A stretch of DNA of 61,000 nt, the filler included, from Sphacelaria rigidula (Eukaryota), in the NCBI GenBank assembly GCA_964200075.2. It is 8 parts of 8 records of this genome, joined end to end, with 100 filler letters (N's around TTAATTAATTAA, not from the genome) between each part and the next. Parts side by side here need not be neighbours in the genome. Positions count along the whole stretch, not along the records: positions 30,553 to 38,089 come from CAXNAA020014443.1; positions 38,190 to 45,726 come from CAXNAA020014444.1; positions 45,827 to 53,363 come from CAXNAA020014445.1; 5 more parts are not named here. One strand, written 5' to 3'. Under the pieces are notes generated by a model, which saw only the letters and a list, made by a program, of their open reading frames with translations, had not been told where the DNA came from and made no database searches. Made by a program: the position numbers and the translations under genes. Positions 36,690 to 48,763 of this stretch are shown in pieces. Numbering within the stretch: position 1 is the stretch's first letter; each line of letters begins with the position of its first letter.

Positions 36690-38089
36690 TTAGTCCCGTG
36701 TGACGACCTTCATTTTTCCTCTGCCGGTGCCGTGGAGTTTTCCCTTGCCGGCGACGTTGATGACGATCGGCGGGTCGTACTTCTGATACTCGATCATCCC
36801 GTGCTGAAGATTCGGAATCAAGTCAGGGTCGACGAAGTGGTTGCTGGCGCCGGTGTCGACAGTTATGGTGAAGCGCGAAGGAGCAACGGCGGTGTTCAGA
36901 CTGCTGGTGGCGAAGAAGGAGTAACCCATTCCGTCAGGAGGTGTAGGGTCTGAAGGCGATGGATCTGAAGCCTGTTGAGTGGTGGCAGTCGCGGAAGTTG
37001 GAGTAGATGATCCGGCTGTGTTGTAATGTTCCACCACAGTCGTAGACCCCGGTGTCGCTGTTGCTGTGTGTGCTACCGCGTTGGTGTTGTTGTTGCTACC
37101 ACCTTGTCCGCTGTTGTTGTTCACGCCTCCTTGTCCACTGTTGTTGTTGAAGCGGCCTTGTCCGCTGTTGCTGAAGCGTCCTTGTCCGCTGTCGCTGACG
37201 CGGGATTGTCCTTGCTGCCGTGGTCCGCTGTTGTGTCGTGGTCCTCGGCCGCGCTGCCCTTGCTGCCGCTGATCGTCAGGATCGTTGCCCCAGTGTTGTT
37301 GCGCCTTGCAGGTCGAATTGTCGTGAAGAGTGTTTTTGTGCAACCACCAGTTACTTCTTCCCCCTCCGTTGTTTCTTGTGCTCTTCTTGTTGTTCCGCTT
37401 AAAGCAGTTATTGATGTCATGACCAGGCTTTTTGCAGTAGTTGCAGTATTTTGCCGTTGTGGCGGTTATCGCCGAGGTGCGACCCTTCGCTGCACGCGAA
37501 AGCCCGTTTTCTGCGACACGGTTTGCGAACATGTTCCTCATGGTGAACATGGCGTCTTCAAGATTGAAAGAGTCTTGCGATTCCGCAAGCAACTGAATCT
37601 GGGCGTGCTCGTCCGTCAGCCCATCCAGGATGATGTCCAGTATCTCGTCGTCCGTAATCACTCGACCCATCTCCACCAGTTCATCTCGCAACTAAAATAG
37701 CTCGTTGCAGAAGACATCCGGGTCTTGACCTTGCTGCATTCTCATGTTAGACAGCCTTTTTGCCATAATTCGACGCCGCTGGCGTGAAGGGTTCTTGTAT
37801 TTTCCCACCAGACCATTCCAAGCGGCGATGCCGTTTGGCAAAATGCCTGGTCTAGGCTTGTACTTTAGGAGAAATCTTGCTGCCGGTCCTGCCGTACTCA
37901 AGAAGAGGAAGTGGAACAGGATCTTGCTGGCCATGTGCTACTCCCGGATGTCCTCGACATTCTGGACGTTGTCATCCATCTCCCACATCACAGAAGTAGG
38001 AGTCTCGCCGCTTGTTGAAGTCGGCTCATCTGGTGCAAGCTGCTGCTGTTGCTCGGGATGCAGTGCTGAGTCTTCTGCTGCATCCTTGT
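36690..38089 (-). pseudogene. copia gag-protease with an in-frame TAG at 37692-37694
   Basis: QGQDPDVFCNELF*LRDELVEMGRVITDDEILDIILDGL reads through in one frame; CCHC knuckle and D-T-G-A-S protease motif follow. Confidence 0.88.
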
Positions 38090-38189
38090 NNNNNNNNNNN
38101 NNNNNNNNNNNNNNNNNNNNNNNNNNNNNNNNNTTAATTAATTAANNNNNNNNNNNNNNNNNNNNNNNNNNNNNNNNNNNNNNNNNNNN
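38090..38189. other. Artificial contig-joining linker
   Basis: N44-TTAATTAATTAA-N44. Confidence 0.98.
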
Positions 38190-38600
38190 TTTTAATCCTC
38201 CGGGTTCTCATCCTCAATCAATAGCACCATCCTCAACATAGATGATTGGCTGTTTAGGGCGCGATATGCCATACCTCAATCCGGGGTCTACCAATAGGAA
38301 AATGTAAATAACGTCACCTTACATGAAATAAGTTTCTATAAATGTTTTCACGTTGCTCTTGTTTTTTTCCTTCTTATACTGTAATCTACACTGTCGTTCT
38401 GTTCCACCTGTTCTGTTTCCTTCTCTTCTCTCAGCGAGTATTTCAGTTTCGTTCTGTCTCGGGTACGTCTATCATGTGACCACGGCTGGATCATGATCCC
38501 TGGGGGGTCAGTTAAAGTACGACAATCATGCCGCTGCGTATGGCAGACAAAACAATCTGGAAAAAAAGTGTATGTTCAGAGCTTCTACGTCTCACGCTGA

Positions 38601-38938
38601 AAGAGAGCCAGGCGGGTTTCAACTCCTCGGAATGCCTTACTGTACTCGTTGAAACGGTTCCAGCACATCTGTGCGTTTTTACGGTGGCCGCAATCTTATT
38701 CCTGCCCAGACTTGCACTCTTCCGGTCAGTTTTTTCGAAGACCCGCCAAGTCTAGACAAATCTCGGATTTGTTTCTGGACTTGACCGGTCTCTGAGAAAA
38801 ATGACCGGTCTCCGAGAAAAATGGAATCCTTGGCAGGAAAAATCCGCGGCCACCAGAACAACGCACAGGTGTGCTGGGACCGTCTCAACGAGTACAGTAA
38901 GGCGTTCCATAAGGTGTCAAAATCCGCCTAGCTCTCTT
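38601..38938. mobile_element. Foldback MITE
   Basis: agagagccaggcgg...gccttactgtactcgttgaaacggttccagcacatctgtgcgtt is mirrored by aacgcacaggtgtgctgggaccgtctcaacgagtacagtaaggc...ccgcctagctctct. Confidence 0.85.
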
Positions 38939-41231
38939 TTAGGGGGTGAAAAGACGAGCTACAAAAAGGCACTCTTCCAGATTTTAATTCTTTTCTGCAA
39001 TAAGGAGCCGCCTCAACTAGATTGAAGCAAAATACCATCAACAACAAATAAAGTAAATGTTTTAGGGAAATGATATTCTGGCATATTTGGGGTGGTGCTT
39101 GGAAAGGAGTCTCAGCTATACTGTAGCGTCGAACGTGCTGGCTACACGAGGATATCATGACACGAATATGCCCCTTCCCCCCCTTCCCTCGAATTTCGAC
39201 GAAGACATACGTACAATTCTGTTATACACAGCCTATACTAAAGGTCAAACAATTAACATCCCCATACTACTTTATCGGGTTATTGGCGTCTCCGTTACAC
39301 AAGCATTAAAGCGCCAGTAGTACTGTGCAAATTCTCGGTCCGTTACAGACAAACTCAGAATATGATAGCGTCAACCTTGATCGATACGACCCGTTGGTCA
39401 AGTAATTAATATGCCGTTATTCGGCTCGAACAACAACAAAGGTACTTCTGACGATTGCACAACTCAAGTTACGAGGGTGAACATCAAAATAGAGGACATT
39501 TTCTGCGAATAAAGCTCCTCTGCGCTCTACTGCTAGACAAGATAAACCAGTAAAACGCAGCGGTAACGTAAATCAATCGGCAATCCGCGAAGACTCGATA
39601 ATCAACCAGTGATACTTGCAGAGTGCACTGAAAATTCTCACGTTCAGTACGGAATAGAGCATAGGGTAGACGTGTGCTTCGGCGGGAAACGAACACAATA
39701 CAGAGAAAGGTCTCGAAGACAAGTCAGAATACAAACTCTACTGTTCAAAATGTGTACGAGGAAAAATTTCGATCAAACAGTATGACAATGCCACGGACAT
39801 TATTTTACGTAGATGTGATGATATTGCGTAGTACAATCTTTAGAGACTGATAATTCTCGAGTGTAAGGCTGCTTAGCCTATTCTTAAGTGAGGATATAGC
39901 AGTAAACATACGCTCACTGTGCGCCATCACTGCAAACAGGCTAGCTGTATCAGCCATCATGAAAATTACCAGAAAGCCCTTCCGGCCACCAGCCTCATCG
40001 TGAAACAGCTTGGTCGGCTCGCTATCCCGGGGTATGTAGGGATTTCCAGATGGGAGGGGAAGCGGGTTTGGGAGTGGGGGGGGGGGGCGTACTCATTTGA
40101 AGGGGGGGGGGGGGGGGGGGTTGGGGGGGGGGGGGGGGGGGATACCTCTTGGGAGGGGGGGGGGGGGGTGCCGATTCCCAGATCAATCGAGAAGCTCCCG
40201 AAATCAGTCAGACGTTTTTGGAAAATGACAAGGGAGAATGAATAAAGTAAACCCTCTCCCAAAGCTAAGAACGAGGGTTCATCTGATCAATCAGAACCGG
40301 CAAAACAAGGAGCTACAATCCGTTACAAACTGCCTGAGAGTTACTGTACCTACTGGCGCCAAGGGCATGGTCTACTGTTTCGGGGACATTCGTTGCAAAC
40401 ACCTGAGGTGCCTACGGTTGGGGCAGTCAATCTATGACGCACGTGCTCTCCCTCTCGCGCTACCAAGAGAGCTGCACCCTGTACACCATGGCAATAAACG
40501 CAAACGCTCAGTACTTTGCTACAGCCGCAGCGGAGAAGTACTGCGGTTCCCGACATCGGTCACGTGGAAAATGACCCATGCTCCGCGGCGGACCGCACAG
40601 CCAGCGGTGTGATCAAAAAGTACAGTAAACACGTATTGCCGACTCTCATGCATCGCGTCCGTCGAAAAGCTTTCCCTGTTTTGAATAGCCAGTTTTTCCG
40701 AACGACAAGGCATACCGATGCAATAATAGTAATCGGAGGGGAGAGAGTGGTCAAAGGGATACACAGCTTGAGGTGTCTCTTTTCATCTGCGGAAAACCCC
40801 CCGATTTGTCCAATGTGTCTAAATGCAGCTGGTAAACCAGAGACTTGGAAGAGCGTGCGGCGGTGTGGCAATTCGGTTACATGCATCACTGTGTATGCAG
40901 ACGATACAGTCCGCGAGGCTGAACACATATATGACCCTCCGATCCCAGTTAGAACGGTTTGATCAAGTAAGTGGTGATGCTGTCCAACATACAAAATGTG
41001 GGCTGCCGCCACTGCGCCGCCTTGCGCCCTACACGGCCAGAGGTTGCCATTGTGCACAATATCTGAGAGAGCGTCTTAGCACTTCTTGCTGGAGTGTGTA
41101 TCAACCATCGTCGAGGAAGAAAAAATTTGAAGGGCTGATGGGCATTGCTGGGGGGTACTGACATTTTTGAGGCTACTATGACCCCCACCGGCCTGGGATT
41201 GGAGCCTCACATATAGACCAGGTTCACTCTC

Positions 41232-41382
41232 TCGATGTTGCGTGCCTCGCGGACTGTATTGTCTGCATATAGTGATTTTAATGAAACCGAGTAGTTTATA
41301 CCTCGATCGATGTTGCGTGCCTCGCGGACTGTATTGTCTGCATACACAGTGATTCCAATAAAGCCGAGTACTTTATACCTCG
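41232..41382. repeat. ~75-bp tandem duplication with an inverted third core at ~40883-40928
   Basis: tcgatgttgcgtgcctcgcggactgtattgtctgcata...tttatacctcga occurs twice; atcactgtgtatgcagacgatacagtccgcgagg is its reverse complement. Confidence 0.8.
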
Positions 41383-43411
41383 AACGACGGTTAAACAGTT
41401 GCTTGACTCTATACTTCAACCAACAAGTTGTGTACTACACAACAATCGAATATATTTTCGGTGGTTGTCTGAAATCCGTGATTTTGTAGTACCACATTCA
41501 ACTCAAGCGGTTGACCAACACCCCCTCTCCATTTCTAATTTACACACTGCAAGGGTTGTGCCCCTTTGTAATTCGTTATTTCTTATTTCTCGCCAGCAAT
41601 GGATGTCCTTTGGGGAAATGGTTCCAAAAGAGGATCTGGAACACCAATTCCAATTAGAGACAAGTCAACTCTGCCGTATTTGCAGGCGGTCGAGTAACGT
41701 AGCCAGGCTCGTCTCCCGAAAGGATTGAACACAAGGTTGAACGATAATGACGGTCCCCAACACAGGTTGGCGATGACTCCGGCACAGTGAAATGCTTCGA
41801 AATGAAGCGAGGAGAGGCCCAGACTTGCTTCTCATATCGGTTTGACGACGGCGCCGCCGGTCGAGGGGATGCTGGCGGTGGTATAGGTGGTGCGGGCATG
41901 GTGACGGCTGTGGCAATGGGAGGCTCGACAGGGGGATCCGGAGGAGGCGATAGGGTCTTCGCAACTCAGGTCTCTCTCAGTGATTGATAGTTTGACTGTT
42001 GCAGACTAACTGATCGCCGGGGAATCCACTGGCGATAACAAAATAGAGACTTGCCCGAGGAAAATTAAAACGGAAACAGGAGAAATGACTTTGAAAAACA
42101 AATGCAACAGACTGAGCTAAAGAATAAGAAACCTGACAAGGTCAACAAAATTAGGGAGGGGGGGGGGGGAGGGTGTACCCTGTAGGATATATTTGGCGCG
42201 TGGTGTTCAGTAGTGTTCTCGAAACAAACCGACTACTATCACGGAGACAGGAGTATAGCAGAGGTTGCACGGTGGTAGTAAAACCAATTTTCTCCTGCAA
42301 CTCAAAATAAGAATCGGTAAGACAGATGGTTGAATGTGCTCTTCATCCGGCCAGGACAAAACAGAATGCACAGCTTCTTCTCAAAGCAGAGAACTGGAAG
42401 TGGTGAAGGAGAGTGATTGCAAGGGCGGTAGAGACCACCGATTCTAAGCATACTCAATCCTGGAACACAAAGCAAATACCTCTACACACGTACGTAGGAT
42501 CAAATCGTATCATCCAATTCACTCTCGCTACTGCTGACGCGGTAGCCTTGCCAGTTGTTTAGCTTAGATCAACTGCAAACTTGCACACAAGATATCTTAC
42601 AGCTTACGTGGCTTAGATACTATGCTAAAGTATTGACAAATCATGGCAATACGCCTACTCCAACAATATCCTACTTGAGGCCTCATTCAAACTGGTAGAC
42701 TATAGATCAATACAGAAGAGGTACTCTCCGTGAAAAGATACGAATGAAACGGTACTACATGGTTCGTACGCATGAAACGGTACTACATGGTCCGTAGTTT
42801 CGTTGAACCGCAACAGGTCGTATCGCTATCTTTTATTGCAACGACTCTATTCAAAACACAATGACAGTAGACTGCAGCGTCTAGAAGTTTGCAAGATACT
42901 CATAGTCTTGTACGCCATAGCCATCTGACCACTGATAGGGGGAGGAAAGGAAAAGGAAGAAAAGGGAAAGAGAGGACCAGGTACGAAGCCAGGGTATTTC
43001 TAATTCTGGTTTCGGAACATGATGAATAATAACAATAGTAGTCGAGATCGTGGCCGGTCCCCACCGCTGGGACTCAGGTAAGGAGGCAGAACAAGAAGAA
43101 AAATTATAACACCCCCAAAAGGCCGTGGACGCATGTTACAGCTCGGTTGCTTCTATGGGGGGCAGGTTCGGTGATGTTGCGTGGTAGTCGAGGTTGTTGA
43201 AGTGATCCATTAAAGCAGAGGGAACTGGGAAGTTGCTCCAGAAGAACTGCGACCGATCAGAGGGCGCCTGCGTCATGGCATTCGCTGCTTTTGTCCTCAG
43301 GTTTTTCACACTGCTCGATACTATGTTTTGTATATTCAAACCTCGACGGAAAAGAGTCCGCCGGGTTTGTGTGATGGCTTCGTCGGTGGCGCTCGCATTC
43401 TCCGCGTCTAG

Positions 43412-43512
43412 GGTTCGTCGATCGTTGGACTGAGTAAAAAGGGCAAGGAGTTCTTCAAGATGGCGTCGCCCCTGTCAGAGACGATTCACCATATGGCTGT
43501 GGAGGGCGAGAG
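43412..43512 (+). CDS. BBS7: Bardet-Biedl syndrome 7 (BBSome subunit) exon, not in the ORF track
   Basis: tag|...AG|gtgaac. GSSIVGLSKKGKEFFKMASPLSETIHHMAVEGE resembles the BBS7 segment [28 protein letters not shown] (recalled from memory, not searched). Confidence 0.8.
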
Positions 43513-44225
43513 GTGAACAAAAACAACAAGATCGTCTGTTGGATCGTAGGCCAAAAGTTAAAAGGACTGAGATGATCGCTTGGTCTCTCTCGCGGCGACC
43601 GACCACGTCGCACGGGGTAATCCACCGAGTCATGTGGAACGCCATGGGAGGAAGTTTGAGATTTCAACAACGGTTTCCTCACCTGAACCTTCGAGTTGAA
43701 AATTGAGCAAAATTATACTTGGCGAAATATCAACATCAAGAGCTTTGTGGACGGGATTTGAGCTTGAGAAATTGACATCGCCCTAGACGTTGGAAGTGTC
43801 CTAACGACCGCCGCCAAGTTTCGTAGAGCCCTCACACGAAGAGCAGGCCCGCGTTTTCAAAACAATCACAGGTTACTTGCAGTATGGGGGTTCGAGGATT
43901 CGCAGTAAGTCGACGCATGCCAGCAAGAGCATTGAGCAAGCTCCAGGGTGTTCGATCGAGAGTTGTCCGCCTCCACACTAAAAGAAACACAATTATGACA
44001 GCAGAAATATTGGTTTTCCGTGACCGAACGGGGTCGTATCACGCATGCTATATTCCCACGAGAATCGAGCCCCCCCCAGACGAATGAACGCAAAAGAGTA
44101 TGGAGCAGTATCATGGATCGTTGCAATAGTCATTCAGCGCCCCAACCGGGCCACACGCTGTGTTTTGCGTTGCTTTGTACACGAAGGCTAAGGCTCCATA
44201 TCAATGTACACATGTATCCTTGCAG

Positions 44226-44373
44226 ACTCTGGACAGGGTGCGACTTTATCTGCAGCGCATACGACGACGGGAAGGATGCCTCCTTCTACATGTGTCACGA
44301 TCGGATTGGATCCCTCACCATGGCCAACCTAACCACTGGCGGCTCACGGCTCGATGCTGTCTTGGGGTGTGAG
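44226..44373 (+). CDS. BBS7: BBS7 exon ending in a GC donor
   Basis: cag|A completes AGA from the previous exon. LWTGCDFICSAYDDGKDASFYMCHDRIG...DAVLGCE resembles [29 protein letters not shown]...PVLACQ. Donor is GAG|gcgagt. Confidence 0.8.
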
Positions 44374-45500
44374 GCGAGTGCACAAACCTCTTATCCAGTA
44401 CACAGCTTGATCGTTGTGGTCGTTCATCCGACACCAGAGTGTCTTGCAGCTTCAAGCGTTTAATCGCGAAGATGATCAGCTGCTGTCATCGGAATCACAT
44501 TTTCTCGTGTGACGAGATGAACCGTCAGCGACTAGTGGTCGATTGTGTGGCGAAGCATAGCACTACAACAGAACAAACCAGATTCGAGAGTTGCGGATTT
44601 TCTTGTCATTTCAGAGTGCAAATATCTCAGGATCAGAGTCCAGACTAAAAAAGAAGAAACCTCATCGAGAAAAAGTCAAGGGGGTACCACATTTGACGGA
44701 GGGAAATAAGTTTTCGTCACATTCTGATCCTAAGATATTTGCTCTCTGAAAATGACAAAAAACCGTTTCCCGAAACTCTTTATCGAGAGGGCAGACAGGC
44801 TGCAAAGTACTACGGTCTACTCGGCTGCATACAGAAAGGTCTTCCGTGAGAGTATTTCTCTGGGCGCAACGTGAGTATTAAACCTGTTTTTTTCGGGGTA
44901 CCGTTTAGATAAACATCCGTATGCACCACTCTCACTCATTCTTCGGGATTTTCTAAACAGGACTGGGTGACTGGCAGTTGGGTTACGCGCACATTCAACT
45001 CCGTCCTAATTCGCACAAACGTTCGTTCGCGCGCCATAAGAACGTGTTATCCATCGCAGCGAAACCTCACAACGCAGGCTGTAACCAGCCTCCGTGAAAT
45101 ATGGCCCTCGGGAAATTCCATCGTCAGCATTTTCTCGGAAAACTCTAAAGAGCAATGCTACGATAGGGGTTGCACTTTTTTGTTTCTGGGTCTTTTTTTT
45201 TTAGGAGCTCAAATATATGGGGCTTACTGTGCAACCCAAATCTCCGGGGATCGGACATGGAGATGCACGCAGGGGAAGTTTTCGTCAATCGGCATCACTT
45301 TCAGTCTTTTTCGAGTAAAAATGATGCCGATTATCGAAATGACCCGTCCAACACCCCGAGAAACATTTTTGCTGAAGAAGTGCAACCCCTACCGTAGCAT
45401 CACCCTATAACAACGTCTGATAGGATATCCAACCCCCACGGTGACCCCCTTCTTATTGCACACACCCTGACCACATGCGCTGCGCACGCACGTCCTGCAG

Positions 45501-45629
45501 GACCACTGTGTGCGTGTCATCAACGGTACCAGTTCGCAAGCCGGGGCTGAAGTGGCGTTCCAGGCTGCAGTCGACGCGCCGGTGGGGGCTCTGTGCGCCT
45601 TTGACGGAAGCCAAAGCGGTGTAGACAAG
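45501..45629 (+). CDS. BBS7: BBS7 exon
   Basis: cag|...|gtgaag, 129 bp, phase 0. DHCVRVINGTSSQAGAEVAFQAAVDAPVGALCAFDGSQSGVDK continues the CQDRVLRVLQG motif. Confidence 0.75.
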
Positions 45630-45726
45630 GTGAAGATGAAGGGGGGGGGGGGGGGGTGGTCCATTGTTGGGCTCCCTTGGGGGTGTGAACTTGGACACGC
45701 AACCCCTTTCCGACAGGAACACGTTC

Positions 45727-45826
45727 NNNNNNNNNNNNNNNNNNNNNNNNNNNNNNNNNNNNNNNNNNNNTTAATTAATTAANNNNNNNNNNNNNNNNNN
45801 NNNNNNNNNNNNNNNNNNNNNNNNNN
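45727..45826. other. Artificial contig-joining linker
   Basis: N44-TTAATTAATTAA-N44. Confidence 0.98.
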
Positions 45827-46083
45827 TCTTCCGACCCCGTGGGTACACAAAATTCGACATAACGGTCGACGAGGGAAAGGGACCGCTGGACCCCTCTCGC
45901 GAAAAAAAATAAAGGCAAGCACCGCAGAAGGAAGGCGTGGTACTAAAAATAAATGAAGAATGAAAAAGTCCCTGTGTTGACCTTCCTCCTGTGTGACCCC
46001 GGCCGATGCGCCCACATATCCCGTAAGGGGTAGACTGGCGTCCAGAATAAATGGGATGACAACACAACACACACACACACACA
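45827..46083 (+). mobile_element. SINE copy, 5' end cut by the linker, with (CA)n tail
   Basis: Homologous to 10395-10732 without the MITE. Confidence 0.8.
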
Positions 46084-46085
46084 TA

Positions 46086-46840
46086 GGGATGAAAATATAT
46101 CTGCATGGTCCAAATGCACCACGCCAAAAAGTTGAAACTGCAATTTCGGGTGGGGGACCTGGACCGGCCAGGAAGAAGGAGGTGGAGGAAGTAGATGCAC
46201 AAAAGTGCCCCTGTGGCAAAGCAATGGAGAGTCGTAGAACTCATATTATAGTAGCAGACGGTAAACTACACAAGGAGCAACGGGATGTGTTAGACGAAGA
46301 AATGTGGGAAGCAAACGAAGGTGGAATGAACTCATTTGGCACATTGAAACAGTAGCGAGAAAACCATGGTTGTACCGGGAGTTAGACGATGGCCTCAGAC
46401 GGCGAAACAGGACGGGGAGAAGGTGTGTACAAGTTTTTTGTGTTATGTATGAAAGAACCGTAATGAGCGCCCGAATGTTGAAGGTGTCTCTATCAGGAGT
46501 AGGAATGGTACTCCGTCTCGAAAGGGAAGCGTGGTCAATGGTCAAACGACTAAGGACTGCTGCCGAGATAGCCCCCCCCGAACCGGCCAAAAAAGTGCAC
46601 GAAGGCGATGATCATTAATGCCGTTCGAGCTGGTTTCGTGCTGCATGACGCGACTCATTTGGGCTTTATAGCTGGTTTCGGACTGCTACACACCTCTCAT
46701 GTGGGCGAAAGTGCTACAAACGAGCCCAATAGTGGGATCGCAGCCGGTTTGTCGGGCGATCTCCGGTGCACTTTTTGTGGGGGGGCTATCTCAGGATTAG
46801 TCGAAGGCAAGCAACAAGTGAGTACGCCCCCACCCCCCCC
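46086..46840 (+). mobile_element. Decayed 3' part of a LINE-like element
   Basis: Frameshifted peptide ...EEVDAQKCPCGKAMESRRTHIIVAD... resembles the C-terminal zinc-knuckle region of non-LTR ORF2. The 3' part matches 2965-3163 and ends tgagtacg plus poly(C). Confidence 0.6.
46554..46803. mobile_element. MITE inserted in the LINE 3' end
   Basis: TIRs gactgctgccgagatagcccccc and ggggggctatctcaggattagtc. Removing it rejoins gactaa...ggcaagcaac as in the uninterrupted copy at ~3115-3135. Confidence 0.65.
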
Positions 46841-46970
46841 ACACTACCCCCACACCTCATCCAACTCCCCTGGTAAACACCCCCCTTTATCCTGCCAGGG
46901 AAACAGGTTTTCGGGCATCGACAAGCTATGGCCCGGGGGGGGATATACACCGCATGCTACGGTGACTCAC

Positions 46971-47127
46971 TATTCGATGGCGGGCACCAGTGTCGACCGC
47001 TGCCGCCGCAGGGTTAAAAGTATCCCGCATCGCCGCAGTAACGGTCATCGTAAGCGCGACGAGGACGCAAACGACCGCGAGCCTGGGAACCGGAGACACT
47101 GCGGGCTCGTGCTCATGTCGACGTGGC
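46971..47127 (-). CDS. Candidate exon of an unidentified protein with a hydrophobic segment
   Basis: cacag|...|gtgagt with one open frame: PRRHEHEPAVSPVPRLAVVCVLVALTMTVTAAMRDTFNPAAAAVDTGARHRI. Confidence 0.4.
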
Positions 47128-47361
47128 CTGTGTGGGTGTGTGTGTGTGTGCAGGCAGGCAGGCAGGCACCATCGAGAAAAAAGAAAAAAAAACAATAACG
47201 ACGAGAGGACGCACCACAGAATTTTGAGCGGGTACCGACCTCCACGCATGTACAGTACGAACAACGCAGAGTACGGTGTATATCACACACGTCGGAATGC
47301 TCAACTCAGGTTAACGCGAGTTAAATCTTTTCCGCATGACTCACCTGTGATTTGTTGCAAC

Positions 47362-47778
47362 ATAACTCAGCGGTGCACATTCTGGCCGGGTGCGTTATAA
47401 AAGATAACTCAGCGATGCAAAATCTGGGTGGGTGGTTCATTCTACATAGCTCAGCGGTGCACATTCTGGCTGGGTGACTTATAGAAGACAACTCAGCAAT
47501 GCACATTCTGGTCGGGTGATTTATAGAAGATAATTCAGCGGTGCATTTTTTTGCTGGGTGAGTTATGGAAGATAACTCAGCGGTGCATATCTTGGTCAGG
47601 TGAGTTATACAGCATGACTCAGCGGTGCATATTCTGGTCAGGTGAGTTATAAAGGATATCTCAGTGGTGCACATTCTGGTCGGGTGAGTTATAGAAGATA
47701 ACTCAGCCGTGTAAAATCTGGTCAGGCGAGTTATAGATGATATGTCACCGCTGCAAAATCTGGCCGGGTGATTTATAC
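47362..47778. repeat. 42-bp minisatellite, 10 diverged units
   Basis: Consensus ataactcagcggtgcacattctggYcgggtgagttatagaag. A second, shorter block lies at ~48495-48725. Confidence 0.92.
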
Positions 47779-48017
47779 AATTTATATACGACATACAGCA
47801 ACTGATCGGTGAAAAGGAGAGAGGGACGTGGACCTCACTCGTATATTCTGGGTTCTATACACAGAGACGAGACATTTGCCCCTCTTACTATTATATTATT
47901 CTACATTATGTACTCGTACCAGTATATGTTTTCATGTTCCCCCTGCGGCTGTACTCCTCTATTATTATGCAGATCTACCCCGAGGTTTCTCACGCTACAT
48001 CTACCGGCAGACGTGTC

Positions 48018-48431
48018 AGGCCGCTTCTTGGAGTCTGAAAACGGATTCGCTGAGAACTGCCCTTTTCGATACTTTCATCGCGGAGTTTGGGCGGAATACG
48101 GGCCTTGGCGGATTGGGATTCCTCTGAAAGATTTTCGATGCTTTCCTACAGGATTCTAGCGCACTTTCCCGATTTTTCGTTCGCCCAGTTTTGCTTTTGG
48201 CCAGGTTCCCGATTTTTTCAGTCACCCCGAAACCGGGAATCCGGCCAGAAGTAAAACTGGACGCACGAAAGATCGGAAAGGTGCGCTAGAATCCTCTTGG
48301 AAAGCATACGTAGCAAATTGTTTTGAGGAATCCCGATCCGCCAAGGCCCGCATTCCGCCAAAAATCCGCGATGAAAGTCTAGGAAAGGGTCATTCTCAGA
48401 TAACCCGTTTTCAGACTAAAAGAAGCAGCCT
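48018..48431. mobile_element. Foldback MITE (~414 bp)
   Basis: aggccgcttct...agtctgaaaacgg...actttcatcgcgga...gggccttggcggat...ggattctagcgcac is mirrored across the whole element. Confidence 0.85.
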
Positions 48432-48494
48432 CGCGTGATCACGTGTGTCCACTTACACAAGTGACTAGTGCTGTCCCCTGTTCCACATGTTTCC

Positions 48495-48725
48495 GGCCGG
48501 GTGAGTTGTACGGCAGAACTCATTTTCCGATAACTCAGCTGTGACTTCTGCAAAATAACTGAACGGTGCATATTCTGGTAACGTGAGTTCTAGAAGATTA
48601 CTGAGCGGTGCACACTCTGGTCGGGTGAGTTGTAGAAGCTACCTCAGCGGTGCATATTCTGGCCGGGTGACTTATAGGAGATAACAGCGGTGAATATTTT
48701 TGGCCGGTGAGTCATACAGTATAAC
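48495..48725. repeat. Second block of the 42-bp minisatellite
   Basis: About 5 diverged units of gcggtgca.attctgg.cgggtga.tt.tag.ag. Confidence 0.8.
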
Positions 48726-48763
48726 TGAATTAACTCATGAATTGTCCGGCATGTGGTATATTG

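Larger units (their letters stand above)
34551..38089 (-). mobile_element. Decayed Ty1/copia LTR retrotransposon (gag-PR-INT-partial RT)
   Basis: Gag zinc knuckle CNYCKKPGHDINNC; protease VDTGASNHF; GAG-pre-integrase WHQRLGHP; integrase LVSTDLLGP, HSDNGGEY, PQQNGISER; RT WVYRIKTDG..ARVVVQG, MDVRTAFLNG, KSLYGLRQSP..WN. The PR-INT-RT order is copia. The 5' end is cut by the linker. Confidence 0.96.

Noticed and set aside
35049..37694. Programmed stop-codon readthrough in the copia element
   Set aside because: The TAGs fall mid-gag and at the INT/RT junction in a copy that also has frameshifts and truncation; decay is the simpler explanation.
47362..47778. CRISPR array
   Set aside because: Head-to-tail diverged 42-bp units without unique spacers.
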